A DNA stretch of 64,000 nucleotides. Origin: Verrucomicrobiota bacterium (GTDB taxonomy: Bacteria > Verrucomicrobiota > Verrucomicrobiia > Chthoniobacterales > UBA10450). The position numbers were made by a program, and so were the translations under genes. Within the stretch, counting starts at the first letter, position 1. Each line of letters opens with the position of its first letter. Location: positions 42,006-106,005 of the forward strand of contig QHOS01000017.1 in NCBI GenBank assembly GCA_003219415.1. Reading direction: 5' to 3'. Below the pieces are notes generated by a model. That model worked only from the letters and a program-made list of their open reading frames with translations, did not search any database and was not told the DNA's origin. Positions 9,274-18,592 of this stretch are shown here, in pieces.

Positions 9274-9591
9274 ATGAAACCAACACCTCAAATCAGTCTC
9301 AAAGAGCAGGACGGCTCGCGTCGCGACAATCGCGCACGGCGCAAGCACCCAAGTTTCCCATTAACGGATTACAACTATCGTCCGACGGCGAAAAACCTGG
9401 TGAGTTCCTCCGTGGGTCAGACAGCCACAAAGCTGCCCGCCTTCCACAAATTAAGCAGTGAATTCTTCTGCGGAGAAGCAACCCGGGATTACATCGCCGA
9501 GCTTTTCTTCTTCATTCTGATCACTGGCATTGCCGCCTGGCCGGTCACGTCCATGTTCATCGCAGTAATCCGCCTGATCAGGAATTACTAA
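9274..9591 (+). CDS. hypothetical small membrane protein
   Basis: 105 aa with a basic N-terminus and one clear C-terminal TM segment (LFFFILITGIAAWPVTSMFIAVI). It has no recognisable family and weak coding support. Confidence 0.3.
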   Translation: MKPTPQISLKEQDGSRRDNRARRKHPSFPLTDYNYRPTAKNLVSSSVGQTATKLPAFHKLSSEFFCGEATRDYIAELFFFILITGIAAWPVTSMFIAVIRLIRNY

Positions 9592-9743
9592 AGGGGTCAA
9601 CGCCCGGGGGAGCCCTAAAATTACTCTCACAGTTTCAGCCGCTAGGACTAACCCACGTCGACGCCTACAGCAGTGATGCGCCGGCGACGTGGCGATGATG
9701 CGATTGATTAAGGATCCTTGGATCCCGGCAGTCGGCGAGAAAA

Positions 9744-10631
9744 TTACAACTTCGCGTAAACGCCGAGTAGAGGGCGGCGGGACGGCGTTTTCGAACGGAA
9801 ATCGCTAACAAAACCATCCCGCGTGCGAAGCTCGACATGCCCGACGCTACGGGCACTGCCGTAGACGAGTACCGAACCGACCGGCGCAGAAAATGGATCT
9901 GTCACCGGGAGTCGCTTGAATCCGTAGTTGCTGACAAGCTCCGATGCCGCGTCTCTGGCGAGTTCGCTTTTCGGCCGAGACTCGATAACACCGGAAGCAA
10001 GCAACGCGTCTTTTACATAATGCCAGCATCTCGAGCGCGAATGCGCATGCGCGCGTTCCTGTGCGATCGTTGCCGCTTGCATCAGCCTGCTATCGATGTG
10101 CCGATCGATCTTGCCATACGGGTAAACAATCTGCTGGGGATAATACTGCGTGATGACGGGGACAGACTCTTTTTTGCCCTCAGGACTTTTGAAGCTGAAA
10201 TGGAAACCAGACCGCGTTGGCGCGCTTGTTGCCTGTTGACCCATGGGTCGCACTGGCTCTATCGCAAAAGTTCGCCCCGATTCTTTGCTAATTGTTTGCG
10301 AGGGCTTTTGAGTGATCGCACTCGTCGGCTTTTTCGGCATCGCTTGCGTCGGCTCTTTGGCGACGGCTTGCGCAGGCTCTTGCTTGACCGGTTGCGTCGG
10401 CTTCTTCGCAGTTGCGGGCGCTCGCTTTTTCGTGACCGCTTTCACCGGCTTTTCTGTGGTTCCCTGCGCCGACTTCTGCGTGATCACTTGAACCATGTCA
10501 TCAGCTTTCTTTTGGTCGTGGCTCGCGAGTTCCAACGTTGAAGGAGCCAATGCCTGCGCGCGGAGAGTCGCGCTGGAAATGGCAAGAAGTGATGCAGTTG
10601 CGAATGCCCAGAGGGCAGGTCGTTTCCCCAC
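9744..10631 (-). CDS. secreted protein with a Pro/Lys/Gln/Thr-rich repeat region and a C-terminal papain-like (CHAP/NlpC-type) Cys-His signature
   Basis: Signal peptide MGKRPALWAFATASLLAISSATLRAQA. Degenerate repeats AKKPTQPVKQEPAQAVAKEPTQAMPKKPTSAITQKPSQ. The C-terminal domain carries ...SRCWHYVKDAL... and ...SVGHVELR..., resembling the CxxxV/GHV catalytic pair of CHAP-type amidases. The domain assignment is inferred. Confidence 0.6.
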   Translation of the reverse strand: MGKRPALWAFATASLLAISSATLRAQALAPSTLELASHDQKKADDMVQVITQKSAQGTTEKPVKAVTKKRAPATAKKPTQPVKQEPAQAVAKEPTQAMPKKPTSAITQKPSQTISKESGRTFAIEPVRPMGQQATSAPTRSGFHFSFKSPEGKKESVPVITQYYPQQIVYPYGKIDRHIDSRLMQAATIAQERAHAHSRSRCWHYVKDALLASGVIESRPKSELARDAASELVSNYGFKRLPVTDPFSAPVGSVLVYGSARSVGHVELRTRDGFVSDFRSKTPSRRPLLGVYAKL

Positions 10632-10772
10632 GAAGGCGAGGTTATGCCGGGAATTGCGACACTAGGCAAGCTTTTTTTTCGAATTTTTCAGATGTTTTGG
10701 CGGCTCCCAAAACAGGTCTGCTAGCAGGCAACAGCCGTTACATGTTAGGATCCCGCGCATCCTTTGGAGAAA

Positions 10773-12458
10773 CTAATCGTAGGGAAGATAATCCGGCCCA
10801 AATTGAGGCGGAGGAGCGAACATCTCATCGCGCTGGATTGGAGCACGGCGGTGTCGGCGCGGAGCGAATTGATTTTGGTCCGAATCAGGCGCAATGATTC
10901 TGGTGCGCCCCGAGGGCAAACGATAAATTATCCTTCCATCGGACGTTATTCCAAGCATCCGGACGCGCATTGATCCCTGGCGAGGTAGCGATGTCGAAGC
11001 GACGCGTTTCTTTTTGCCACGTGAACTCGACTGAGTGGCAGTGGTGGGCTGCGCAGTCTCGGAAGCTTTCGTCGATGAATTAGAAACCTCGGCCTCAGTG
11101 GAATTTTCTGGAACTGCGCTTGGCGAATTGGCCGCGATAGCGTTTTGGGTCGTAGCGGCCTGCGATTGGCTGCCCGATGTTTGAGCTTGTTGAAGATCCG
11201 GGGACGCAGCTTGAGACGAATTGGGAACTGCCGCAGCGTCCGTCGCTGGTTGATTCGCGGACCCCATAGCCGCATTTGCCGCCCGCGATAGCACAGTCGC
11301 AGGAGCCACTGGCGTCGCAGCATTTTGGACCGCGGCAGGCACTGGTGAAGATTCGGGAACCCCAACAAGAACGCCAATGGACTTTGCCTCGCGGGGCTGA
11401 TGTAGGATTTTGCCAATTGGCCCAGGCAACAGGAACGCAGCAAGCACCGCTGCAGCCACGACGAGCGCGCCGAACGCCAATGCTCTTCGTAGTAAACGCC
11501 GCGGCCGAGGCTGGTCCGGCCGGGGAATTGTTGTTCTGAAGGGAATGCCGTATCGATCGGCCAATGCGAGCCGGCGTTCAATTTTTAGTAGGCAACTCCG
11601 AATCATCTCTCCTAGCACGACCAGGTCCTTTGGACGCTGATCGGGATTGGGATGCAACATGTGGGAAAGCAAGTTTCGCAGCGGTTTTGGAAATCCCGAA
11701 AGCTTCGGAGGCTGCCGGAGCGTCTCAGCGGAAAGCTCTATGCCGGTCAGAAGAAAATACATTGTGGCGCCGAGCGAATAGATCTCCGAACGAAGACCCG
11801 TCGTTTTGTACTCTCCCCGAGGTCCAGCGATGGCAGACTGCTCCGCAGAAGATATTTGCCCATTCACTTCTACTTCGTTTCGCTCGAGTTCGCCTGCTAC
11901 ACTGGGCGGCGAAGTCTCGCCCGGTGGCGAGCTTTCCGTGCGTGCCTTGAGCCCGGTTAGACCGAAGTTCGTCAACTTCACTAAGGGCCAGCCGCCTTCG
12001 GGAGTTTGTCCGGGAACAACGATGATGTCTTGGGGCTGAACAGGCGGATACGGAAGCTTGTGAAAACTGGCAGACGAAAGCACGCTCACGATTTGTTCTG
12101 CCACACGCAACGTGGCGTCAGCCGGCATTGGGCCGTGCTGGGCAACCCACGCTGCAAGCGTTTCGCCTGGTAATCGTTCCGAGGCGTAAACGTAATCTTC
12201 GCCTTCGCGTCCAAAATCAAAAACCTTGGCGATATTGACGTGACGCAGTCTCTGCAGAGCGCGCGCTTGCTCTTCGAATTGCTCCCGGACAACCGGATCG
12301 ATGCCTGCTACTGGGACTAGCGTTAGGACAACTGGTTCGCTGGATCTTTCGTCCACGGCCTCATAAGCAACCGCGTCGCTGTCTCGGCCAAGCTCATTGG
12401 GCGTGCCATCATAGCCAACGCAGAGCCGGTAATGCTCAAGGAAGGTTGTCCGCTGCAT
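10773..12458 (-). CDS. membrane-anchored Ser/Thr protein kinase-like protein with degenerate catalytic motifs (pseudokinase)
   Basis: 561 aa with a Hanks-kinase fold: ...LQRLRHVNIAKVFDFG..., SEIYSLGATMYFLLTG, HPNPDQRP. VAIK is replaced by VVLTLV, HRDLKPxN by HKLPYPPVQPQDI, and DFG by NFG. One TM segment (FGALVVAAAVLAAFLL) is followed by an Ala/Ser/Thr/Gln-rich tail. Confidence 0.8.
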   Translation of the reverse strand: MQRTTFLEHYRLCVGYDGTPNELGRDSDAVAYEAVDERSSEPVVLTLVPVAGIDPVVREQFEEQARALQRLRHVNIAKVFDFGREGEDYVYASERLPGETLAAWVAQHGPMPADATLRVAEQIVSVLSSASFHKLPYPPVQPQDIIVVPGQTPEGGWPLVKLTNFGLTGLKARTESSPPGETSPPSVAGELERNEVEVNGQISSAEQSAIAGPRGEYKTTGLRSEIYSLGATMYFLLTGIELSAETLRQPPKLSGFPKPLRNLLSHMLHPNPDQRPKDLVVLGEMIRSCLLKIERRLALADRYGIPFRTTIPRPDQPRPRRLLRRALAFGALVVAAAVLAAFLLPGPIGKILHQPREAKSIGVLVGVPESSPVPAAVQNAATPVAPATVLSRAANAAMGSANQPATDAAAVPNSSQAASPDLQQAQTSGSQSQAATTQNAIAANSPSAVPENSTEAEVSNSSTKASETAQPTTATQSSSRGKKKRVASTSLPRQGSMRVRMLGITSDGRIIYRLPSGRTRIIAPDSDQNQFAPRRHRRAPIQRDEMFAPPPQFGPDYLPYD

Positions 12459-12618
12459 AACCGAGCCCCATTGTCCGCACCCGGGACCATACGCGCCTCA
12501 TCATCCATCATTCAACCTTAATTTTCTCGGCAAGTTGCTTAGCGGAAGCGCAGTCACACTTGAATTTTGGACATTGCGCTTGAATCGAAAATCGCCAATC
12601 TAAAATCGCAAATCCTCG

Positions 12619-12692
12619 TACCCCGTGGTGTAACGGTAACACAGCGCCCTTTGGAGGCGTTATTCTTGGTTCGAATCCAAGCGGGGTAGCCA
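12619..12692 (+). tRNA. tRNA-Gln (anticodon UUG)
   Basis: Hand-folded cloverleaf: acceptor TACCCCG/CGGGGTA, D-arm GTGT-AACGGTA-ACAC (G18G19 present), anticodon arm GCGCC-CTTTGGA-GGCGT (TTG), T-arm CTTGG-TTCGAAT-CCAAG, discriminator G, encoded CCA. The U1-A72 pair and G73 are classic bacterial tRNA-Gln identity features. Confidence 0.93.
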
Positions 12693-12761
12693 CGTAAACC
12701 CCGAAAGCCCTCGCGGGCACGGGATCGCCGTTCGCAAATCGCCCAAATCAGCGTATATTTA

Positions 12762-13538
12762 TTGTTCGGCTTTATGAAGGAATTAAACATAGAGAGGCTA
12801 CACATCGCTGTGGGCGATCAGGAGATCGTTCGAGGACTGACTCTGCGTGTGCCGCGCGGTGAAGTGCACGCGCTCATGGGCCCAAATGGCTCAGGAAAAA
12901 GCACGCTGGCCAAGGTCTTGGCCGGCCATCCGGATTATCGCGTCACCGCGGGCAAAATATTGATGGATGGCGAGGACCTTCTGGAACTTGAACCCGACGA
13001 ACGCGCGCGACGCGGTCTTTTCCTGGCCTTCCAGTATCCGAGCGAAATTCCAGGCGTGACGATCGCAAACTTTCTCCGCGCGGCCTTGCAATCGCGCCTG
13101 CCGGAAGGCGGAGAGCTCGAGGCGACCGACTACTACGCGAAGCTTTATGAAAAGATGGAGTTGCTCGGGATGGATCGTTCATTCACGTCGCGGGCGGTCA
13201 ACGAGGGCTTTTCCGGAGGCGAAAAGAAGCGCACCGAGATTCTACAAATGGCGGTGTTAGAGCCTAAGTACGCAGTTCTTGACGAGACGGACAGCGGCTT
13301 GGACATCGACGCGCTCAAGACCGTCGCACACGGGGTAAACTCATTGCGCGGCCCTAATCTTGGCATATTATTAATTACGCACTATCAGCGCCTCCTGAAT
13401 TACATCGTACCCGATCACGTCCACGTAATGGTGGCGGGGCGAATCGTTAGAAGCGGACGGAAAGAACTCGCTCTCGAACTCGAAGAGAGAGGTTACGATT
13501 GGGCACGCGACGGTGCAACTGAGCCGGCATATAGGTAA
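12762..13538 (+). CDS. sufC: Fe-S cluster assembly ATPase SufC
   Basis: [21 protein letters not shown]...[20 protein letters not shown]...FLAFQYP...[11 protein letters not shown]...[13 protein letters not shown], the SufC signature, followed by sufB and sufD. Confidence 0.93.
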   Translation: MFGFMKELNIERLHIAVGDQEIVRGLTLRVPRGEVHALMGPNGSGKSTLAKVLAGHPDYRVTAGKILMDGEDLLELEPDERARRGLFLAFQYPSEIPGVTIANFLRAALQSRLPEGGELEATDYYAKLYEKMELLGMDRSFTSRAVNEGFSGGEKKRTEILQMAVLEPKYAVLDETDSGLDIDALKTVAHGVNSLRGPNLGILLITHYQRLLNYIVPDHVHVMVAGRIVRSGRKELALELEERGYDWARDGATEPAYR

Positions 13539-13556
13539 CAACTGGGACAATTCACA

Positions 13557-14966
13557 ATGAAAACAGAAAATTCTGCAGTCGATATCGATCGAAACAAAGG
13601 GGATTTTTTTTATCCGGAAGTTCACGTGCGCGATGCGGGCGTCGGACTCAGCGAACGAACCGTTCACTACATCGCAGACGTAAAGGATGATCCGGACTGG
13701 GTGCGCGAGTATCGCTTACGCGGCCTGAAAACGTTTCTGGAAAAACCACTCCCAACGCATTGGGCAAGTAAGGATCTAGAAGCAATCGACTTTAATAAAA
13801 TCCGCTATTACCTCTCACCCGGCACCGAACCGAAACGTAGTTGGGAGGAAGTTCCGGACGACATCAAGCGCACGTTCGAACGGCTAGGCATTCCCGAGCA
13901 GGAACGGAAATTCCTCGCGGGCGTGGAAGCGCAGTTTGACAGCGAAGCGGTCTATTCAAACATTAAGAAAGCCGTCGGCGAACAAGGCGTCATCTTTGTC
14001 GGCTCGCGAGAGGGACTCAAGAATTATCCGGAAATTTTCCGGAAATGGTTCGGCAAAGTTATTCCGATCGCCGACAATAAGTTTAGCGCACTGAATTCTG
14101 CTGTGTTCAGCGGCGGCTCGTTCATTTACGTCCCGCCCGGAGTGAAAGTGAAACATCCGCTCCAGGCCTACTTCCGTATCAACGCCGAAAACTTCGGCCA
14201 ATTCGAGCGCACGCTCATCATTGCCGATGAAGGTTCGGAAGTGACTTACATGGAGGGCTGCACTGCGCCGAAATTTAACACGCCCACATTGCACAGCGCG
14301 GTCGTGGAATTGGTCGCGCTGAAGGGGGCGAAGATTCAGTACATCACCGTGCAAAACTGGGCGTCGAACGTGTTCAACCTCGTTACCAAACGCGGTCTCG
14401 CTCACGAAAACGCCGAAGTAAAATGGATCGATTGTAACATCGGCTCGCGTCTCACGATGAAATACCCCAGCGTGATCATGAAGGGTCGTAAAGCCCGTGG
14501 CGAAGTTCTTTCCATTGCGCTCGCCAACGACGGTCAGCACCAGGACACCGGAGCGAAAATGATCCACGCTGCCGACGAGACAACCAGCAACATCGTTTCC
14601 AAATCGATCTCCATTGGCAAAGGTCGCGCCACTTATCGCGGCTTGGTCCATGTGCCGAAGCATCTGAAGAATTGCAAAAACAACACCGAATGCGACGCGT
14701 TGCTTATCAACGCGACCTCGCGGACCGACACCTATCCGGCGATCACCGTGCGAGGGACAGGCAACGCCGTTCAACACGAAGCCAGCGTCAGCCAAGTGAG
14801 CACGGAGCAAATTTTTTATATGCAACAGCGCGGCCTCAGTGAGGCCCAGGCAATGAGCTTGAGCGTCAACGGTTTTGTCAACGATCTCGTCCGCCAATTC
14901 CCAATGGAATACAGCGTCGAGCTCAAGCGGTTGATCGAGCTGGAGATGGAAGGCTCGGTTGGATAA
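13557..14966 (+). CDS. sufB: Fe-S cluster assembly scaffold protein SufB
   Basis: 469 aa with highly characteristic SufB motifs: [21 protein letters not shown]...[20 protein letters not shown]...HSAVVE...KYPSVIMKG... Confidence 0.95.
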   Translation: MKTENSAVDIDRNKGDFFYPEVHVRDAGVGLSERTVHYIADVKDDPDWVREYRLRGLKTFLEKPLPTHWASKDLEAIDFNKIRYYLSPGTEPKRSWEEVPDDIKRTFERLGIPEQERKFLAGVEAQFDSEAVYSNIKKAVGEQGVIFVGSREGLKNYPEIFRKWFGKVIPIADNKFSALNSAVFSGGSFIYVPPGVKVKHPLQAYFRINAENFGQFERTLIIADEGSEVTYMEGCTAPKFNTPTLHSAVVELVALKGAKIQYITVQNWASNVFNLVTKRGLAHENAEVKWIDCNIGSRLTMKYPSVIMKGRKARGEVLSIALANDGQHQDTGAKMIHAADETTSNIVSKSISIGKGRATYRGLVHVPKHLKNCKNNTECDALLINATSRTDTYPAITVRGTGNAVQHEASVSQVSTEQIFYMQQRGLSEAQAMSLSVNGFVNDLVRQFPMEYSVELKRLIELEMEGSVG

Positions 14967-15015
14967 TCCCGTACCCGCCGCACGTGAGCCTAACCATGGG
15001 ACCCATGGGTCCTAG

Positions 15016-16362
15016 GTGTCTTATATCGGAATGACCAGAAACCAGACAGCGACACTCGAGAAGGAGGCTGCGCCAATTCTTTCCGGCCCTGGTGGGACAC
15101 GCGAATGTCCGGATTGGTTCCAGGACCAGCAGCGTGAGGCGTGGATGCAATTTGAATCACTACCCAAGCCGACTCGAAAAGATCAGGCATGGCGATTCGC
15201 CAATGTAAGTCTTCTAGATCTAAGCCCGTTCAAGTACGGTGGCACGTTAACTGAGAAAGAGCGCGCAACTATTCTCGAGCAATCACGCGGACTCGAAGAA
15301 GTGGCTGGCCGGATGATCTTCGCTGGTGACGAGCTTCTGGAGCGCGACGTGATTTCGGATCAGCTGAAAAAGCGCGGCGTCATTTTCCAACCGCTCGAGC
15401 GAGCAATGGTTGAGCACGCCGATTTGTTCCGCAAATATTTCATGTCGCAGCCAGCTATTCTTGGATCGGCTAAGTTCGCGGCGCTGCATCAGGCGCTGGT
15501 TTCATCAGGAACATTTCTTTACGTGCCGCGCGGCGTCGAAATCGAGCTACCAATCGAGATTTTCCATTGGCTGAACGCTGAAAACGATTCCGCGTTTCCG
15601 CATTTGCTCCTGGTCACCGACGAGCTTGCCAAAGTCACGGTGATCGAACATTTCCGCTCGGTGAATGAACATGCGTCCGGTTTTGCCTGCGGCGTAAACG
15701 ATCTCGTCGCCGGCCCCGGCGCGAAGGTCACCTACGTGTGTGCTCAAAACTGGGCAGACAATGTCATCGCGCTGCAAATGAACACGACAACGGTCGATCA
15801 TGATGCCTCGGCGATGAGCCTGAACTTGAATCTTGGCTCGCGATATTCGCGCTTCGAAAGTCTCAGCAGGCTCACCGGCGAAGGCGGCCGCAGCGATCTG
15901 CTTGCTGTCGCGGTCGCCAAACACCAGCAGGAATTCGATGCGCGCACGTTGCAGGACCACGTCTCGCCGCATACCGCGAGCGATCTCCTGTACAAAAATG
16001 CCCTCGACGATCGCGCCCGCACAATTTTCGGTGGACTGATCCGAGTAGAGCCGCATGCCCATTTCACCGATGCGTATCAAAAGGTTCGCAACCTTCTGTT
16101 GAGTGACGACGCAGAAGCCAATTCGATGCCTGGCCTCGAAATTCTCGCCGACAACGTCCGTTGCACCCACGGGGCGACTTCCGGTCAAGTCGACGAAGAC
16201 GAGCTTTTCTATCTGCGCACCCGCGGTATTCCAGTTCCGGTCGCCCAGCGTCTCATTGTGACTGGATTTCTGGATGAAGTCGTCCAGCGCCTCGATCATC
16301 CGGCGATATCTGAACACTTACACCGCTTGATCGAGGACAAATTTTCGGAAAATCGCCGTTGA
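15016..16362 (+). CDS. sufD: Fe-S cluster assembly protein SufD
   Basis: 448 aa immediately after sufB. SufBD-family beta-helix region (GTFLYVPRGVEIELPIEIFH...SRFESLSRLTGEGGRSDLL...HTASDLLYKNALDDRARTIFGGLIRV...). Confidence 0.9.
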   Translation: MSYIGMTRNQTATLEKEAAPILSGPGGTRECPDWFQDQQREAWMQFESLPKPTRKDQAWRFANVSLLDLSPFKYGGTLTEKERATILEQSRGLEEVAGRMIFAGDELLERDVISDQLKKRGVIFQPLERAMVEHADLFRKYFMSQPAILGSAKFAALHQALVSSGTFLYVPRGVEIELPIEIFHWLNAENDSAFPHLLLVTDELAKVTVIEHFRSVNEHASGFACGVNDLVAGPGAKVTYVCAQNWADNVIALQMNTTTVDHDASAMSLNLNLGSRYSRFESLSRLTGEGGRSDLLAVAVAKHQQEFDARTLQDHVSPHTASDLLYKNALDDRARTIFGGLIRVEPHAHFTDAYQKVRNLLLSDDAEANSMPGLEILADNVRCTHGATSGQVDEDELFYLRTRGIPVPVAQRLIVTGFLDEVVQRLDHPAISEHLHRLIEDKFSENRR

Positions 16363-16404
16363 ATCGCGGATATCCGTCGATCTCGAGCGCGGGTGAGATA
16401 TTCG

Positions 16405-17307
16405 TTATTTCGCCGTCTCCTGGCTCGTATTCAGCTCGAAATTGATTTTTACGTCGTAGTGATTGCCAGTGCCAAGCCCGACCGGTGGCGGGTCAACTTC
16501 AGTCACTCGTTTCGCAACTGCTGCAACCGATTCATTCACGACAACGTTTTCCGAAGGCTTAATGATATCGAATTTGGAGACGTGACCGTCCTTTTCGATT
16601 CGAACTTTCACCAGCGTTGAAATTTTGGCGCCGGAAGCGACGGTGCTCGTCGGTTGGATCCACGCACTGTAGAAACGATCATGCAGCATGTTGCCATACC
16701 AGCCGAATTCGGATGCGCTGCTTCCCCCGCCCGCACTGCCACCTTTGCGGGCTGAACCAGTTTTGTCACTGCCCTTATCCGATGACGATTCAGTCTTTCC
16801 ACTCACAATTTTCGCACTCTTCTTTTTCTCATTACTCGCGTCGGTTTGGTCTCCAATAGATTTTGGCGGACTCGACTTGGGATGCGTCGATGATTTGGTC
16901 GCTTTCGCCAGCACAGTTTTTTTAGGAGTCGACTTGGGTGTTGGCTTCGGGAGGGGTTTTGGTGTTGCCTTCGGCTTTGCCATTGCCTTTGGCACAGCTG
17001 TTTCCATCGGCGTTGGGTTCGGCAATTCGATTTCGCTCTTTGCTTGAATTAGAGGGGCCGGTTCCTTTTTTTCTTCGTCCGGCTTCAAAGGTTCTGACTC
17101 AACAGAAGGGATCAAAATCTTTGAGGAGGACGCCACGCTATTATCTGATCTCCCAGGCTCGAGATCTCCCGCACTCAGCCAAACCAAGCTCTCTTCATCT
17201 GGCGTGCTTCGCGCTGCTAAACTCCAGCGAATCAATCCTGCGATGAGTGCGATATGCGCAACGGCAATTAACGTGACGTTTCGCCAAAACCGCGGATTCT
17301 TCGACAT
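16405..17307 (-). CDS. tonB: TonB family energy transducer
   Basis: N-terminal TM anchor, Pro/Lys-rich spacer (KPKATPKPLPKPTPKSTPKK), C-terminal TonB-type domain. Its start abuts the exbD stop. Confidence 0.8.
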   Translation of the reverse strand: MSKNPRFWRNVTLIAVAHIALIAGLIRWSLAARSTPDEESLVWLSAGDLEPGRSDNSVASSSKILIPSVESEPLKPDEEKKEPAPLIQAKSEIELPNPTPMETAVPKAMAKPKATPKPLPKPTPKSTPKKTVLAKATKSSTHPKSSPPKSIGDQTDASNEKKKSAKIVSGKTESSSDKGSDKTGSARKGGSAGGGSSASEFGWYGNMLHDRFYSAWIQPTSTVASGAKISTLVKVRIEKDGHVSKFDIIKPSENVVVNESVAAVAKRVTEVDPPPVGLGTGNHYDVKINFELNTSQETAK

Positions 17308-17724
17308 CTATTTCGACTCAGCCCTTGTGGCGATACCAACCTTCGTAATCTGCGCCGCCTTTAGCGCATCCATCAACGCGATTAATTTTTGCACAGGCAA
17401 GTCGCGATCGGGTCGAATCACAATGGCGATGTCTGGATTGATCTGTTTCAGTTCCGTTAGTCGCGCCGTAAGTGCTTTCAAATCGATTACCTGATTGTTA
17501 AACCGAATTGTCTCACTACGGTCGATCGAGACAATTTGCACTTGTGATGACTTGATCGGCGGATTCGTCGCGCCACTGGATGGAATCACGAGATTCATGC
17601 TGCTTTCAAGTAGCGGCGTTGTGATCATAAAGATGATGAGCAACACGAACGCCAGATCGAGCAGCGGCGTGATGTTGATCTCGCTGAGCGTCGAAAGATT
17701 CTGTCGTTGGGAGTAGCGTCTCAT
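17308..17724 (-). CDS. exbD: biopolymer transporter ExbD/TolR
   Basis: 138 aa. EINITPLLDLAFVLLIIFMITTP is the ExbD/TolR TM signature. Confidence 0.88.
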   Translation of the reverse strand: MRRYSQRQNLSTLSEINITPLLDLAFVLLIIFMITTPLLESSMNLVIPSSGATNPPIKSSQVQIVSIDRSETIRFNNQVIDLKALTARLTELKQINPDIAIVIRPDRDLPVQKLIALMDALKAAQITKVGIATRAESK

Positions 17725-18509
17725 CGGCGAAACGCCGAGTCACCCGCCTGCGCCGAGGCTACAGCGGGCAGACGTGAACCATGGTCGACGTATTTGTGCT
17801 CGAATTCCGAAGCGAGCTCAGCGGCAAAATTGTCCATCTCGACGATGATCCCGCGAATGCTGGTGACGAGAAAATTATATCCAAACATCGCTGGGATCGC
17901 GACGCAGAGCGCGGTCACTGTCGTGATGAGCGCGCCGGATACACCGGGCGCCATCGAGACGAGATTCGGCGAGCCTGCCTCGGCCACGCCGGTGAAAGCG
18001 TCCATCACGCCCCAGACCGTGCCAAGCAAGCCGAGAAATGGCGAACCACTTACCGCAGTTGCGAGCAAAATCATCTGAGATTCGAGTGAAAGCGCTGTTT
18101 CGCCCACGGCTCGTTCCATCGCGGCGTTTACCGCACCCATTTGTGCCGGCGAAATCTTATCAGCGATTCCCAGTCGCGCCCGAAAGGTGTCGTCCACCTC
18201 AGGCGATCCGAGCAAATGAAATGTCATTTCCTCGCAGCCCGCGCGATACACATTGAATACTGGCGATCCGGGAAAGCGCGCATTTTTCTCAAATAGGCGC
18301 AGCGGCTGCCGGTCCTGTCGAAAAGCGGCGAGGAAACGCGCGTTCTGTTTTCGGGCAAACCGGATCACGCGCAATTTCGTGATCATGATGGACCAACTGA
18401 AAATGGAAACGATGGCTAGAAGAGTGAGAACGAGTTTTCCTGCGATCGTCGCGTGATCGAACGCAAAAAGGAGACCACCGCCGGCCGCTACGATTTCCGG
18501 AACAAGCAT
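17721..18509 (-). CDS. exbB: MotA/TolQ/ExbB proton channel protein
   Basis: 262 aa. SPFLGLLGTVWGVMDAF...APGVSGALITTVTAL is the ExbB/TolQ signature. It overlaps exbD by 4 bp. Confidence 0.88.
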   Translation of the reverse strand: MLVPEIVAAGGGLLFAFDHATIAGKLVLTLLAIVSIFSWSIMITKLRVIRFARKQNARFLAAFRQDRQPLRLFEKNARFPGSPVFNVYRAGCEEMTFHLLGSPEVDDTFRARLGIADKISPAQMGAVNAAMERAVGETALSLESQMILLATAVSGSPFLGLLGTVWGVMDAFTGVAEAGSPNLVSMAPGVSGALITTVTALCVAIPAMFGYNFLVTSIRGIIVEMDNFAAELASEFEHKYVDHGSRLPAVASAQAGDSAFRR

Positions 18510-18592
18510 TCCCGCTTCACCGGGTTAAGTAATAACGCCGTTTTGGAGAAACGAAAGCAAGATTCGCGGAAATGACATTAGTTCGTCATTCG

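Noticed and set aside
9837-10541. 234-aa Arg/Leu-rich + strand ORF
   Set aside because: It is antisense to the signal-peptide-bearing repeat protein 9744-10631. Its composition (RRLLRD.. repeats) is simply the complement of the K/P/T/Q repeat tract.
10946-11581. 211-aa alternative-frame ORF inside the pseudokinase gene, and + strand ORFs at 11276-11960
   Set aside because: They overlap the longer kinase-fold ORF and have no motifs or independent start context.
13956-14897. 313-aa ORF antisense to sufB, and the similar 256-aa ORF at 15547-16317 antisense to sufD
   Set aside because: The sense strands encode unmistakable SufB and SufD. The antisense translations are low-complexity (Ala/Arg/Gly/Val-rich) with no recognisable motifs, which is typical of shadow ORFs in GC-rich coding DNA.
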